Shown here one piece after another: positions 30,793 through 38,637 of a DNA stretch of 64,000 bases; position 1 is the first letter of the stretch; every line of letters starts with the position of its first letter. Under the pieces are notes generated by a model. The model was not told where the DNA came from. It worked only from the letters and a program-made list of their open reading frames with translations, and did not search any database. The position numbers were made by a program, and so were the translations under genes. The stretch is from a virus (Duplodnaviria > Caudoviricetes). The DNA is taken from IMG/VR virus record IMGVR_UViG_3300033066_001917, positions 64,001-128,000 of that record; one strand, written 5' to 3'.

Positions 30793-32036
30793 TTTGGTGT
30801 TGTTGGACTTCCCGGAACGCTTGGTTGAGCCGTTGCCGCAGATTGTTTAGATAAGTGCCTCAGAAATTTTACGGACCCAAGTACCTCGTCTAGGGGCTCG
30901 TGCCTCAACCTACGGCACAGATCGTTAACATATGCGTGGGTCAAGTCATTTTCTTCGACCGATTTGACAATTGGTCCCCACATATCCGGGTTAACCCCAT
31001 AATGGTGGAGGAGATGACTGACAAGTTGGTGCGTTTCTTCTTTTGTGGGTACCGGGAATTCAATTGGTACATCAATCCTATCCGATCGAAGAAGGGCTGC
31101 ATCCAGTTTCGTAGTGTCATTGACGGTCAGAATGATGGCTGTTTTGGGGTGTGTCCCCTTTAATCTCTCCATGAGAAAAAGAATTCTTGCCCCAACGTCC
31201 TCTACTGGTGCCCGGTCCATATCGTCTACAACGAGGGTGTTTGGTTTGAGTACATCGAGTAGGTAACCAAAATCTTTTATCGCCATGAGATGGAGGGATG
31301 AGGCGTCAATTTTAACCGTTCTCCCTTCAAATTTCTGACCAAATTTAACCGCGAACGTGCTTTTACCTGTGCCGGGGGGGCCTAAACAAAGATAACATCG
31401 GTGGATACCGTCCTTAAGAAACTTGCGGTGCCTTGACGATAATACCTCAAGCTGATTTTCCGCTCTTTGGGACAGGATTGCTTGCACTGGGGGTATGTCC
31501 AGAACCGAAGTTTCTGATTTCCAACCACCCGGCTCTCGGACGACAGAAACGTAGATGCCGTTGGGGTGCTTCACCCACATTTCATTCACAACCATATCAA
31601 GGTTGAGGCCCCTTGATATGAAAAACCCACCATCTAAAACCAATCTGCCCATATACTGACATTCACGGAACGCCAGTCGGTCTCCGTTTCGGTTCACCGC
31701 TTCCACCATTGTTTCATTTTCCCCTACGGGAAGGCGGTTGATCCTAAAATGCTCCTTCATATCCGAATCAAAAAATAGTTTGACAAAGGTCTCACTTTCC
31801 TTTTCAATCATGTCGTATCTTTCTACCAGATCCCGGAATCGGTCACCATGCGCCCTGGCTTTGAGTGCGGCATCGGCGACGGCTAGACCTTTTGCTACCA
31901 TCTGAGCATACGTGTCTTCAGAGGTTGGGATTTTGTCCGCAACAAATGTACCAAACCTTAACAGGGGTAATGATCTGATGACTAGCTGGCGGGCTTTTGA
32001 AGCCGTTGCTTCCAGAAAAGCTGCGGGTTTCTTCAT
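30789..32036 (-). CDS. AAA+ ATPase
   Basis: GPPGTGKS Walker A, LVVDDMD Walker B, TVN sensor 1 and LDAALLRSDRID second region of homology. Confidence 0.85.
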   Translation of the reverse strand: MKKPAAFLEATASKARQLVIRSLPLLRFGTFVADKIPTSEDTYAQMVAKGLAVADAALKARAHGDRFRDLVERYDMIEKESETFVKLFFDSDMKEHFRINRLPVGENETMVEAVNRNGDRLAFRECQYMGRLVLDGGFFISRGLNLDMVVNEMWVKHPNGIYVSVVREPGGWKSETSVLDIPPVQAILSQRAENQLEVLSSRHRKFLKDGIHRCYLCLGPPGTGKSTFAVKFGQKFEGRTVKIDASSLHLMAIKDFGYLLDVLKPNTLVVDDMDRAPVEDVGARILFLMERLKGTHPKTAIILTVNDTTKLDAALLRSDRIDVPIEFPVPTKEETHQLVSHLLHHYGVNPDMWGPIVKSVEENDLTHAYVNDLCRRLRHEPLDEVLGSVKFLRHLSKQSAATAQPSVPGSPTTPK

Positions 32037-32061
32037 TGGGGGAATTACCCCCCAATGAAGA

Positions 32062-32397
32062 TCAGATCGTTGCCAGAGGCAACTTATCTGTTACTTTACG
32101 TGTGTGGTCGGATGGACCAAGGACTAGGCAGGTTGTTTGGTCGTCCAAATCCGGCTCCCTAAAAACTGAGCATGGGATCCCCAACTGACAAGCTTTCCCA
32201 TGCAGAGTCAAAAGGTGCCCCTCATCTTTAGCATGTAGGACAACGATGGTGTTCGATTTTTGCCGCCACGTGTGGTTGACCTCTGGATGGTCAGCGATGA
32301 ACTCATCTCTACCATGGAGGGCCTGGGCCAACTGGGAACCAAAATTCAGGTCCGATCGAACGACCACGTACATCTTGTCGGTGGGTTTGGCCATCAC
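32062..32397 (-). CDS. peptidyl-tRNA hydrolase, Pth2-like
   Basis: KMYVVVRSDL..GSQLAQALH, IVVL and FREPDL...TCLVLGP match the PTH2 fold pattern. Confidence 0.8.
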   Translation of the reverse strand: MMAKPTDKMYVVVRSDLNFGSQLAQALHGRDEFIADHPEVNHTWRQKSNTIVVLHAKDEGHLLTLHGKACQLGIPCSVFREPDLDDQTTCLVLGPSDHTRKVTDKLPLATI

Positions 32398-32834
32398 GCC
32401 ACCTTTGATGCACGAATTGAGGCTAGCTTGCTCAAGTTCGCTTCACGCTTGAGTCTCCTAGCCTCTTCCCCTGCGGCCATTCTACGGATACGTCGCTCTT
32501 TCCTGGCTTCCGTTTCTGGCTCCTTAAACCAGGAATCAATCTGATCCTGAGTAACCTCTACCCCATGGTGAAACAGTAGGGCCCACACCATCCACGAAAG
32601 GTGAACGTGTCCGCTTGTCAAGTCGGCCGTGGGTTCTGTTACCCTGTATGCTTTACCCCGAAGATAGGCATAGGCCAAAAACATAACCCTCGAAGCCTGT
32701 GCTTCGGAGTAGGGGTGCAGAGCGACATCCCCCCCCACTGGGTACTTGAACCTTTTTCCCGTTCTGTAAATCTCGAGAATGTGGGAAAATTGGCCCTTAG
32801 CTTTGATGATGCTTTTGATTTCAATCGTCTTCAT
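32394..32834 (-). CDS. basic hypothetical protein coupled to Pth2
   Basis: 146 aa with R..FLAYAYLRGK.Y...E; SD AAGGA 9 nt upstream; GTGA overlap with the Pth2 gene. Confidence 0.75.
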   Translation of the reverse strand: MKTIEIKSIIKAKGQFSHILEIYRTGKRFKYPVGGDVALHPYSEAQASRVMFLAYAYLRGKAYRVTEPTADLTSGHVHLSWMVWALLFHHGVEVTQDQIDSWFKEPETEARKERRIRRMAAGEEARRLKREANLSKLASIRASKVA

Positions 32835-32842
32835 GTGAACTA

Positions 32843-32894
32843 TTCCTTGTAATGATGCTGCGACACTTGAACTTGCAAGGCCATCATTACAGGG
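32843..32894 (-). promoter_or_regulatory. mRNA hairpin abutting/occluding the SD of ORF 32394-32834
   Basis: Perfect 10-bp inverted repeat (32848-32857 / 32882-32891), extendable by CC:GG pairs into the AAGGA SD. Confidence 0.7.
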
Positions 32895-32915
32895 GGGTCC
32901 ACGGGATCGATTGAG

Positions 32916-32933
32916 CTAGTAGAAGTGGTTCAT
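32916..32933 (-). CDS. leader mini-ORF MNHFY-amber; read-through gives LNRSRGPP... in frame with ATG 32834
   Basis: ATG AAC CAC TTC TAC TAG CTC AAT CGA TCC CGT GGA CCC CCC; the ATG sits exactly at GTAA-N8; no further in-frame stop before 32834. Confidence 0.6.
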   Translation of the reverse strand: MNHFY

Positions 32934-32971
32934 GACTGATGTTACCATCCTGATCATTCGACTGACTTGTG

Positions 32972-33508
32972 TCAAGTGCAGTTTTCTTCTTCAAGCAAAT
33001 TTGATTGAAGGATAGCCCCTATTGCTTCCACCTCGGTGAATTCCGAGGTGTCATAATTCCCCGATGTTATTCGTGCCACTAGTTCTTTGTTTCTTTTTTC
33101 CGCTTCTTCCAACTCTTGGGTCATCATTTCTGAGGCTGCAGCATGTGCGTCTTTAGAGGATTTAGCTGTGAGAACGTGGTGCCCATATCCATTAAGTAGG
33201 GCTCTCATTCTCCTGCCGCTTTCATTATCAATTGGACATTCCAGGGGGAATCTAAGCTCTCCGTGAATTTGTCGGTGGACGAGCCAGAGGTAACGGGGCT
33301 TCCCTTTTGTGTTGGTTCCGTTTGGAATGCGGATTATGCGGATTCCGGCTCTGTATTCCGCACGTGAAGTGACGTACACCTCCGTGTCCGCGTCAACCCG
33401 TTGGTCGCAGCAATCCTTATATATCTCTTCGGTAAGGTTTTTTTCGTACAATATGGCTTCATTCAAACTATGAAATTTAACCTCATCGAAATTGCGGAAA
33501 ATTCCCAT
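32972..33508 (-). CDS. hypothetical protein
   Basis: Long ORF with a C-terminal coiled coil; start uncertain (33508 vs 33556). Confidence 0.65.
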   Translation of the reverse strand: MGIFRNFDEVKFHSLNEAILYEKNLTEEIYKDCCDQRVDADTEVYVTSRAEYRAGIRIIRIPNGTNTKGKPRYLWLVHRQIHGELRFPLECPIDNESGRRMRALLNGYGHHVLTAKSSKDAHAAASEMMTQELEEAEKRNKELVARITSGNYDTSEFTEVEAIGAILQSNLLEEENCT

Positions 33509-33561
33509 GATATTCCTACCCCTTCCGAGATCATTTTGATTTTCAGATCGTAACAAATGCC

Positions 33562-34380
33562 ATGACTATTAAGATTGAGGCTTGTTATGTCAAAGGGGAC
33601 GAGGGTCAGTGGGTCACAATACCAGCCCCTGAGTTTTCTAGCCCCGAAGACGGGGGGGATGAGGCTTTAGCTCTTCAGGACTATCTCACCGCCTATTCCC
33701 CACCCAGGGAAGCGGTAGCCCTTCGGTTTACATCTGAATCCATACTGGCTTATGTTAGGATCCATCCCACCTATGGTATGGTCCCGAGATTTGAAGGTTA
33801 CGATGTTATCTGGCCCACAAATGAAGAGCTTGGTGGCATATGGACCACCCCACACGTTCTACCGGATGGCCATATCCTCCCGCTCAACTATGTCGAACCG
33901 GCCGAGAGATTCCAGATGGGGGACGATGAAAGCCCCAAGTCTGATCGCCGTGTAGTTGCGGTTGAGGGCCAATTTTTGGCAAAAACCGCAACCACTGTTG
34001 AGCAGTGGAACTGGTATGCAAAAGCAATAAATGACCCCAGTAAGGTGAAGCCAACCACAAACCAAGAGGGTAGAAGTATACTGGACCATCCAGTGACGGA
34101 AGTCAATTTCTGGGATAGTTTGGACTGGGCTGGGTGGGCTGGGTTGATCCTTCCTACTGAAGAGGAGTGGGAACGTGCGGCTCGGGGAAACGATGGCCGT
34201 AAGTATCCGTGGGGCAATGAACGTCCTACCACCGAGCTATGCCATTTCTCTACCCCCGAGGAAGAACAGACGGGTACGGCCTCCGTCTACGCTCACCCAA
34301 AGGGAATGGGTCCTTATGGGCATCTAGATTTGAGTGGAAATACTTGGGAATGGTGCAATTCCCCGTGGCGAAGAGAGTAG
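33562..34380 (+). CDS. FGE-sulfatase (SUMF1/CLec-fold) domain protein lacking the C-terminal RGG...GFR segment
   Basis: FQMG, HPVTEVNFWD, LPTEEEWERAARG.DGRKYPWG and PYGHLDLSGNTWEWC, then a stop 7 residues later. Confidence 0.85.
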   Translation: MTIKIEACYVKGDEGQWVTIPAPEFSSPEDGGDEALALQDYLTAYSPPREAVALRFTSESILAYVRIHPTYGMVPRFEGYDVIWPTNEELGGIWTTPHVLPDGHILPLNYVEPAERFQMGDDESPKSDRRVVAVEGQFLAKTATTVEQWNWYAKAINDPSKVKPTTNQEGRSILDHPVTEVNFWDSLDWAGWAGLILPTEEEWERAARGNDGRKYPWGNERPTTELCHFSTPEEEQTGTASVYAHPKGMGPYGHLDLSGNTWEWCNSPWRRE

Positions 34381-34384
34381 TCCC

Positions 34385-34535
34385 ATGGATCCACTTCTCC
34401 ACTTTACACTACGTGGAAATTTTGTTATCTCATTAGGTACGGAATACACGTATACTCGTTTCTCGATGTGTGGAAAACATTGAAGATGTGGGGTTCCGTC
34501 CATCCCAGCGAGGTTGGTTGAGGGTGGGGAAATGA
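34385..34535 (+). pseudogene. FGE C-terminal-like mini-ORF cassette 1 (one-base frameshift)
   Basis: MDPLLHFTLRGN...TRFSMC, then in the +1 frame ENIEDVGFRPSQRGWLRVGK*, whose TGA overlaps the ATG of cassette 2. Confidence 0.55.
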
Positions 34536-34663
34536 ATCCAGAATGCCTCCTCCGAGTTCGTGGAAATCCTTTTTTTAGGGTTCGTTTCTCCGCGAGCTAT
34601 CGCAGTCTAAAACTTGGCTTTAGAACATCACAACGAAGTTGGTTATGCCACTTTCGAGTGTGA
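34532..34663 (+). CDS. FGE C-terminal-like mini-ORF cassette 2 (43 aa)
   Basis: MNPECLLRVRGNPFFRVRFSASYRSLKLGFRTSQRSWLCHFRV, with an R-x12-GFR motif. Confidence 0.6.
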   Translation: MNPECLLRVRGNPFFRVRFSASYRSLKLGFRTSQRSWLCHFRV

Positions 34664-34708
34664 ATCCACATTCTGTCTTTTGCTTTATGCAGTTAGAATG
34701 AGCCAATC

Positions 34709-34921
34709 ATGGCGGCTAAAATGAATTATCAAGTAAGAGATAAAAGGATTCAAGTTGCAAGTAGGGGTGGTGGGTGGGGATCTGGTAGAATCCCACAGAT
34801 CCCATCGCGGAGGGATTATTGGTTGGCAGGGGTTCCGTCCATTGATGGAAGCGCGAGGTTATCACAGGTTGGATGGGTTTTACATTCCAAGGAGGTCCGT
34901 CAAATTGATGGCCTCCAGTAA
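34709..34921 (+). CDS. FGE C-terminal-like mini-ORF cassette 3
   Basis: VASRGGGW...RRDYWLAGVPSIDGSARLSQVGWVL, with RGGxW and R-x12-SAR. Confidence 0.55.
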   Translation: MAAKMNYQVRDKRIQVASRGGGWGSGRIPQIPSRRDYWLAGVPSIDGSARLSQVGWVLHSKEVRQIDGLQ

Positions 34922-35203
34922 CCTCTCCGGTTCCATTTTTTTGAGAATGCCTTTGGGGATCTCAACTTTTTTAGGGGCCGGGGGCGGTGGGGGAGGGGGG
35001 TTGGGGGCTATTACAGATGGTATAGGGCCAAGACTGCGAATAGTAGGTGTTCTCTTCCTAGCTTCTTGAATGATTCCCACCATGGCTTGACCGCACGGTT
35101 CACAATAAGAATGGAACTCACCCTCCCAGATGTCTACCTCAACCGTAATCGGATCAGTGTGGCAGGCTCGGCATCGTAATTTGGGGTCTAAAGTGTTTTT
35201 CAC
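34880..35203 (-). CDS. Zn-ribbon plus proline-rich protein
   Basis: CRAC...CEPC and poly-Pro; GTG start at 35203 after AGGAG. Confidence 0.6.
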   Translation of the reverse strand: MKNTLDPKLRCRACHTDPITVEVDIWEGEFHSYCEPCGQAMVGIIQEARKRTPTIRSLGPIPSVIAPNPPPPPPPAPKKVEIPKGILKKMEPERLLEAINLTDLLGM

Positions 35204-35230
35204 GGCTCTCCTGTTACGGTAATACCTATC

Positions 35231-35944
35231 ATGCCGAACCCATGGACGGATCAGGAAAAGAATACACTCAAAAAAGTCCTCGAAACCCGCAAGGCCCACA
35301 CGCTTGATTGGGTGAAGTTAAAGCAGGCGCTGCCTAAGAAGAGTCGGGATGCTATCTATCGGATGATTGGCGTTCTGGGACTACAGCAACGCAACTGGCC
35401 TGAAAAACACAAAGCCCTGTTGATTTCCTTGTGGGGTCAAGTGACTCCACGACAGCTCCGTAGTAGATTCAAGGACCTCTATTCATGGGACAAAGTTTTG
35501 AAGCAAGCTGACGGGCTTGGTTTATCTAGGGATCTTCCCAGAGGGATGGTTTCTATTCACTCTCTTGGGAAGAACCCTAAGTGGGGTTATGATTACGATC
35601 AAACTCTCCGGGTTCTAAAGTGGTCCGAAGTTCCGGTTCATAACTTCGCCTATGAGGGGAATCGACCGAGATACTGTGTGGACGAATTTGAGGCTCAGGA
35701 AGCGGCTGAGAATTGGGCCCGATCCGAATGCCTTAAAGATGCATCTCTTAGATTGGGTGTTCCCACCTACACAATCAGACGATGGTTGGAAAAGGATGGG
35801 CGGATCCTAAAGAACCGAAAGCATATCAGGTTCTACCCGAATGTATACGACGGTCTGTTGAAGAAGTATGGATCAACCACCCTCGGATCCCCCCAGAAGA
35901 AGAAGCAACAAATCTATCAGGATGGATGGCAAACCGCCGCCTAA
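35231..35944 (+). CDS. putative DNA-binding protein with Myb/SANT-like and HTH repeats
   Basis: PWTDQEKNTL and NWPEKHKALL repeats; ASLRLGVPTYTIRRWL HTH. Confidence 0.6.
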   Translation: MPNPWTDQEKNTLKKVLETRKAHTLDWVKLKQALPKKSRDAIYRMIGVLGLQQRNWPEKHKALLISLWGQVTPRQLRSRFKDLYSWDKVLKQADGLGLSRDLPRGMVSIHSLGKNPKWGYDYDQTLRVLKWSEVPVHNFAYEGNRPRYCVDEFEAQEAAENWARSECLKDASLRLGVPTYTIRRWLEKDGRILKNRKHIRFYPNVYDGLLKKYGSTTLGSPQKKKQQIYQDGWQTAA

Positions 35945-38419
35945 CAAGACCAAACCGGCGGAGTAGGCTTGTGGTCCATCAGCCGGTTTGTTTTCCGAAG
36001 CCGTAAGAGCACTTATCACACCATCCGTTCCTGTGGCTAAAACTGGAAGAATAACCGCGTCCGGGATCGATATTTGGAACGGGATGTCAAGGTATCCCCT
36101 GATTTTTCCTAGTACCTCTTGAATTTCAGCCACACGTTGTTCTAGGAAAGAAATGGTTCTCAGAATCCCACTTTCCACTGATTCAGTTCCAGCCGATAGG
36201 GATCCAAGGAACCCATTCACCATTTCCAAGACACGTCCGTTCGCCGCAAGGGGGCCAACACCAACAAGTGGCCTCCATGCCATCCACCCTCCGGGCCTAA
36301 CTCTAGATGTGGTCAAGGATAACACTTCTGCAGCAAGGTTGTAGATGTCAGGGGGGATGACATCCCTCACATACCACGCTCTTTTAGTCCGTATGTCACA
36401 TACCATTGGGGCTGAAGAGAAACCGTCCGGGACATCTCCAAAAGATGACCGGGCAAAGTCATCCCTGGCTTGCAGTTCCATAGCCAAAGGCACAGCAATG
36501 CCCATGTCCCTCCAATACCCAGGAATGCCATAAATGTTTCGGCAAAGAACTGTAGTGTTGGCATCCACTCGGCTGATGCACATGGACTCTAGGATGGTCT
36601 GATTAAGGCCAGGGTTACCCGACGCACCCTCAACCGTGGTATCCGACCATCGCCAATTGATGAGTCGATTGAAAGACTCGGTTCTGGCTCTCAAAAGAGC
36701 CGGTGGGAGATTCCCTTGCACCGCCATGATTTGGTCAGCGAGGGACACAACCTTTGCGTAAAAGTCTCTTGTGAAAGAGTCGGGGCTACTTCCTCTCAAC
36801 CCAAAAAATCGTTGCGGGTTAGTTTCAACTAGGGGAATAAGGTCCTTCCCCGGCCCCTCAAGTCCTGTTGGCTCGTAGACATAAAGTGGAGTTCCAACCA
36901 CTGGTTCCGCTTCCGGGGGTGGGCCGTGGGACACCGGATCGGCCGGTTGGATATCCGAACGACTCAATAGAACAATTCCCAGGGCCGTTTGTAGGGCTGT
37001 TGTATAAAGATTGGTCTCTTGGCTGGGGAACACAACCTTCAAGATCCCACTGGGCGTCCCTTTGGCATCTAAGGTAAATGGAGAGACCAATCCGACTTGT
37101 TCCCGTTCAGCAGAATTTCTTGGCTTCAAGTCCCATTGGAGGGTTTTGAAGTTGTCAGCCGTGACCGTGTCATTCACCGATGTCACCCTCACGTATATCT
37201 CGCGTGGGGCAATGGCATTGTGGGTATCAACCGTGCCATCTTCTAGAATTGGAGCATAGAGAGGCAAGTCATTTTGCGCCAATTCCAAGGTGTAGGTTCC
37301 ACCCACGAGTGCCTGCAAATTGATAGCTTCTCTTGGTACAAAGAACGTTTTTTGGTTGAAATAGATATCACCCTCTTTGGGGAAAGGGTTGTGAAGAGTT
37401 TCCGGGACTGAGGGGTCCCGGAAAAAGAATGCCGGTCGTGCCCCTTCTCTAATTTCAGAACCATTGAAACAGGAGTCCCAGATTACTCCTGGGTCGAGTG
37501 AAATTGAATCATGTCCACCCATGATCCGTAAAATTTGCCCCGTTGTTCCTTCCTTGTATGTTCCTGTCTCATAGGACTGATGGCCCTCGGTGGAACCACC
37601 ACCACCAGCACCTCCGGTTGAGGAAGCCGTTGGAGAAATCCAACCGGCGTAAAAACCTTCTGGAAAGCAAGAAACCTCCACGAGAAATCCCGCCGGGGGA
37701 ATGGTTGGTAGGGGGTTTCCATTGTTGGCATTTGATGGCAAAGTCCAGGAAATGATAGCTGTGTTTCGACCAACCATCTGACTTGTAGCCGCAATAAGTC
37801 TCAGATACGAAGCCTCTCCAGGTCGGGCTGTTTGCGGGGTAGAAGGATAAGTAACGGATAGCCCTGTAGGGGTAGGTAGAGATGTATTCCTACCCGAAAC
37901 CCCAGCCACACCAAGAAGCTGACCAAATGCTTGGCCAGTTCTGCGGAGAGATTGAAATCGGGTCGTGTCAAGAAGTCCATCAACGAAAGAAACGTCAACT
38001 CCGGTATAAACAAAAATACCCAGTACTGTTGTGTTTCCATTAAATTCTGGGCGTCTCGGGTCCCTCCTGTCCGTGAGCCGAGCGATCATTCTCCTCTGAA
38101 ACCCGTCGTATCCACCTTTGAGAGAAGATAAGGGTTCCCCAGAAGCCAAGGCCCCAAAATCTCCCATGTGAGCATACAAACCAGCTTTCCGGAGATCAAT
38201 GAGAGTTCCCTGACACAAATCCACTAACTCATCTAAGATGGCTTTGGTAGGGTTGAGTGTGGGAATTGTGAAGGTTTTTACAATTTGTAGTGTGCTCAAC
38301 CCAATATCTAGGCCCGCATTGACAATCTCCAGGGCCCCGTTTAAGGGCTCTAAGACATCATTGACTTCTGGTAAAGTCAGACGTATTTGAAGTCCACCCC
38401 AGGATCCAATTTCTGGCAT
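35873..38419 (-). CDS. probable virion protein
   Basis: 848 aa, translationally coupled within the giant-protein operon. Confidence 0.65.
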   Translation of the reverse strand: MPEIGSWGGLQIRLTLPEVNDVLEPLNGALEIVNAGLDIGLSTLQIVKTFTIPTLNPTKAILDELVDLCQGTLIDLRKAGLYAHMGDFGALASGEPLSSLKGGYDGFQRRMIARLTDRRDPRRPEFNGNTTVLGIFVYTGVDVSFVDGLLDTTRFQSLRRTGQAFGQLLGVAGVSGRNTSLPTPTGLSVTYPSTPQTARPGEASYLRLIAATSQMVGRNTAIISWTLPSNANNGNPLPTIPPAGFLVEVSCFPEGFYAGWISPTASSTGGAGGGGSTEGHQSYETGTYKEGTTGQILRIMGGHDSISLDPGVIWDSCFNGSEIREGARPAFFFRDPSVPETLHNPFPKEGDIYFNQKTFFVPREAINLQALVGGTYTLELAQNDLPLYAPILEDGTVDTHNAIAPREIYVRVTSVNDTVTADNFKTLQWDLKPRNSAEREQVGLVSPFTLDAKGTPSGILKVVFPSQETNLYTTALQTALGIVLLSRSDIQPADPVSHGPPPEAEPVVGTPLYVYEPTGLEGPGKDLIPLVETNPQRFFGLRGSSPDSFTRDFYAKVVSLADQIMAVQGNLPPALLRARTESFNRLINWRWSDTTVEGASGNPGLNQTILESMCISRVDANTTVLCRNIYGIPGYWRDMGIAVPLAMELQARDDFARSSFGDVPDGFSSAPMVCDIRTKRAWYVRDVIPPDIYNLAAEVLSLTTSRVRPGGWMAWRPLVGVGPLAANGRVLEMVNGFLGSLSAGTESVESGILRTISFLEQRVAEIQEVLGKIRGYLDIPFQISIPDAVILPVLATGTDGVISALTASENKPADGPQAYSAGLVLLGGGLPSILIDLLLLLLGGSEGG

Positions 38420-38637
38420 TACTTACCCCCACCTCTCCGTATCCTATCAAGCTTTTCCCGTTCTCTTTCCAAAAGCTCAAGGTCGGATTCCAACATCGTC
38501 TCAAGCTCTTTTCTCAAGTATAGGATCAGTTCTCTCTGCTTTGCGAGAGCCGGTAAGTCCCCCAAATTGGTAGGGCCACTGCGTTTCCAATCAATGGAAC
38601 CGGATCTCAATTTTTCTAACAGTTCTTCTCGGGTCAT
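38419..38637 (-). CDS. small coiled-coil protein
   Basis: 72 aa; ATGA and TAATG couplings on both sides. Confidence 0.7.
   Translation of the reverse strand: MTREELLEKLRSGSIDWKRSGPTNLGDLPALAKQRELILYLRKELETMLESDLELLEREREKLDRIRRGGGK

Noticed and set aside
34378-34521. Amber read-through completing the FGE domain
   Set aside because: The read-through frame (SHGSTSPLYTTWKFC...) contains neither the RG nor the GFR motif; those lie in the other two frames
33562-34921. Classical diversity-generating retroelement
   Set aside because: No reverse transcriptase, and no near-identical TR/VR pair differing at adenines, in this window
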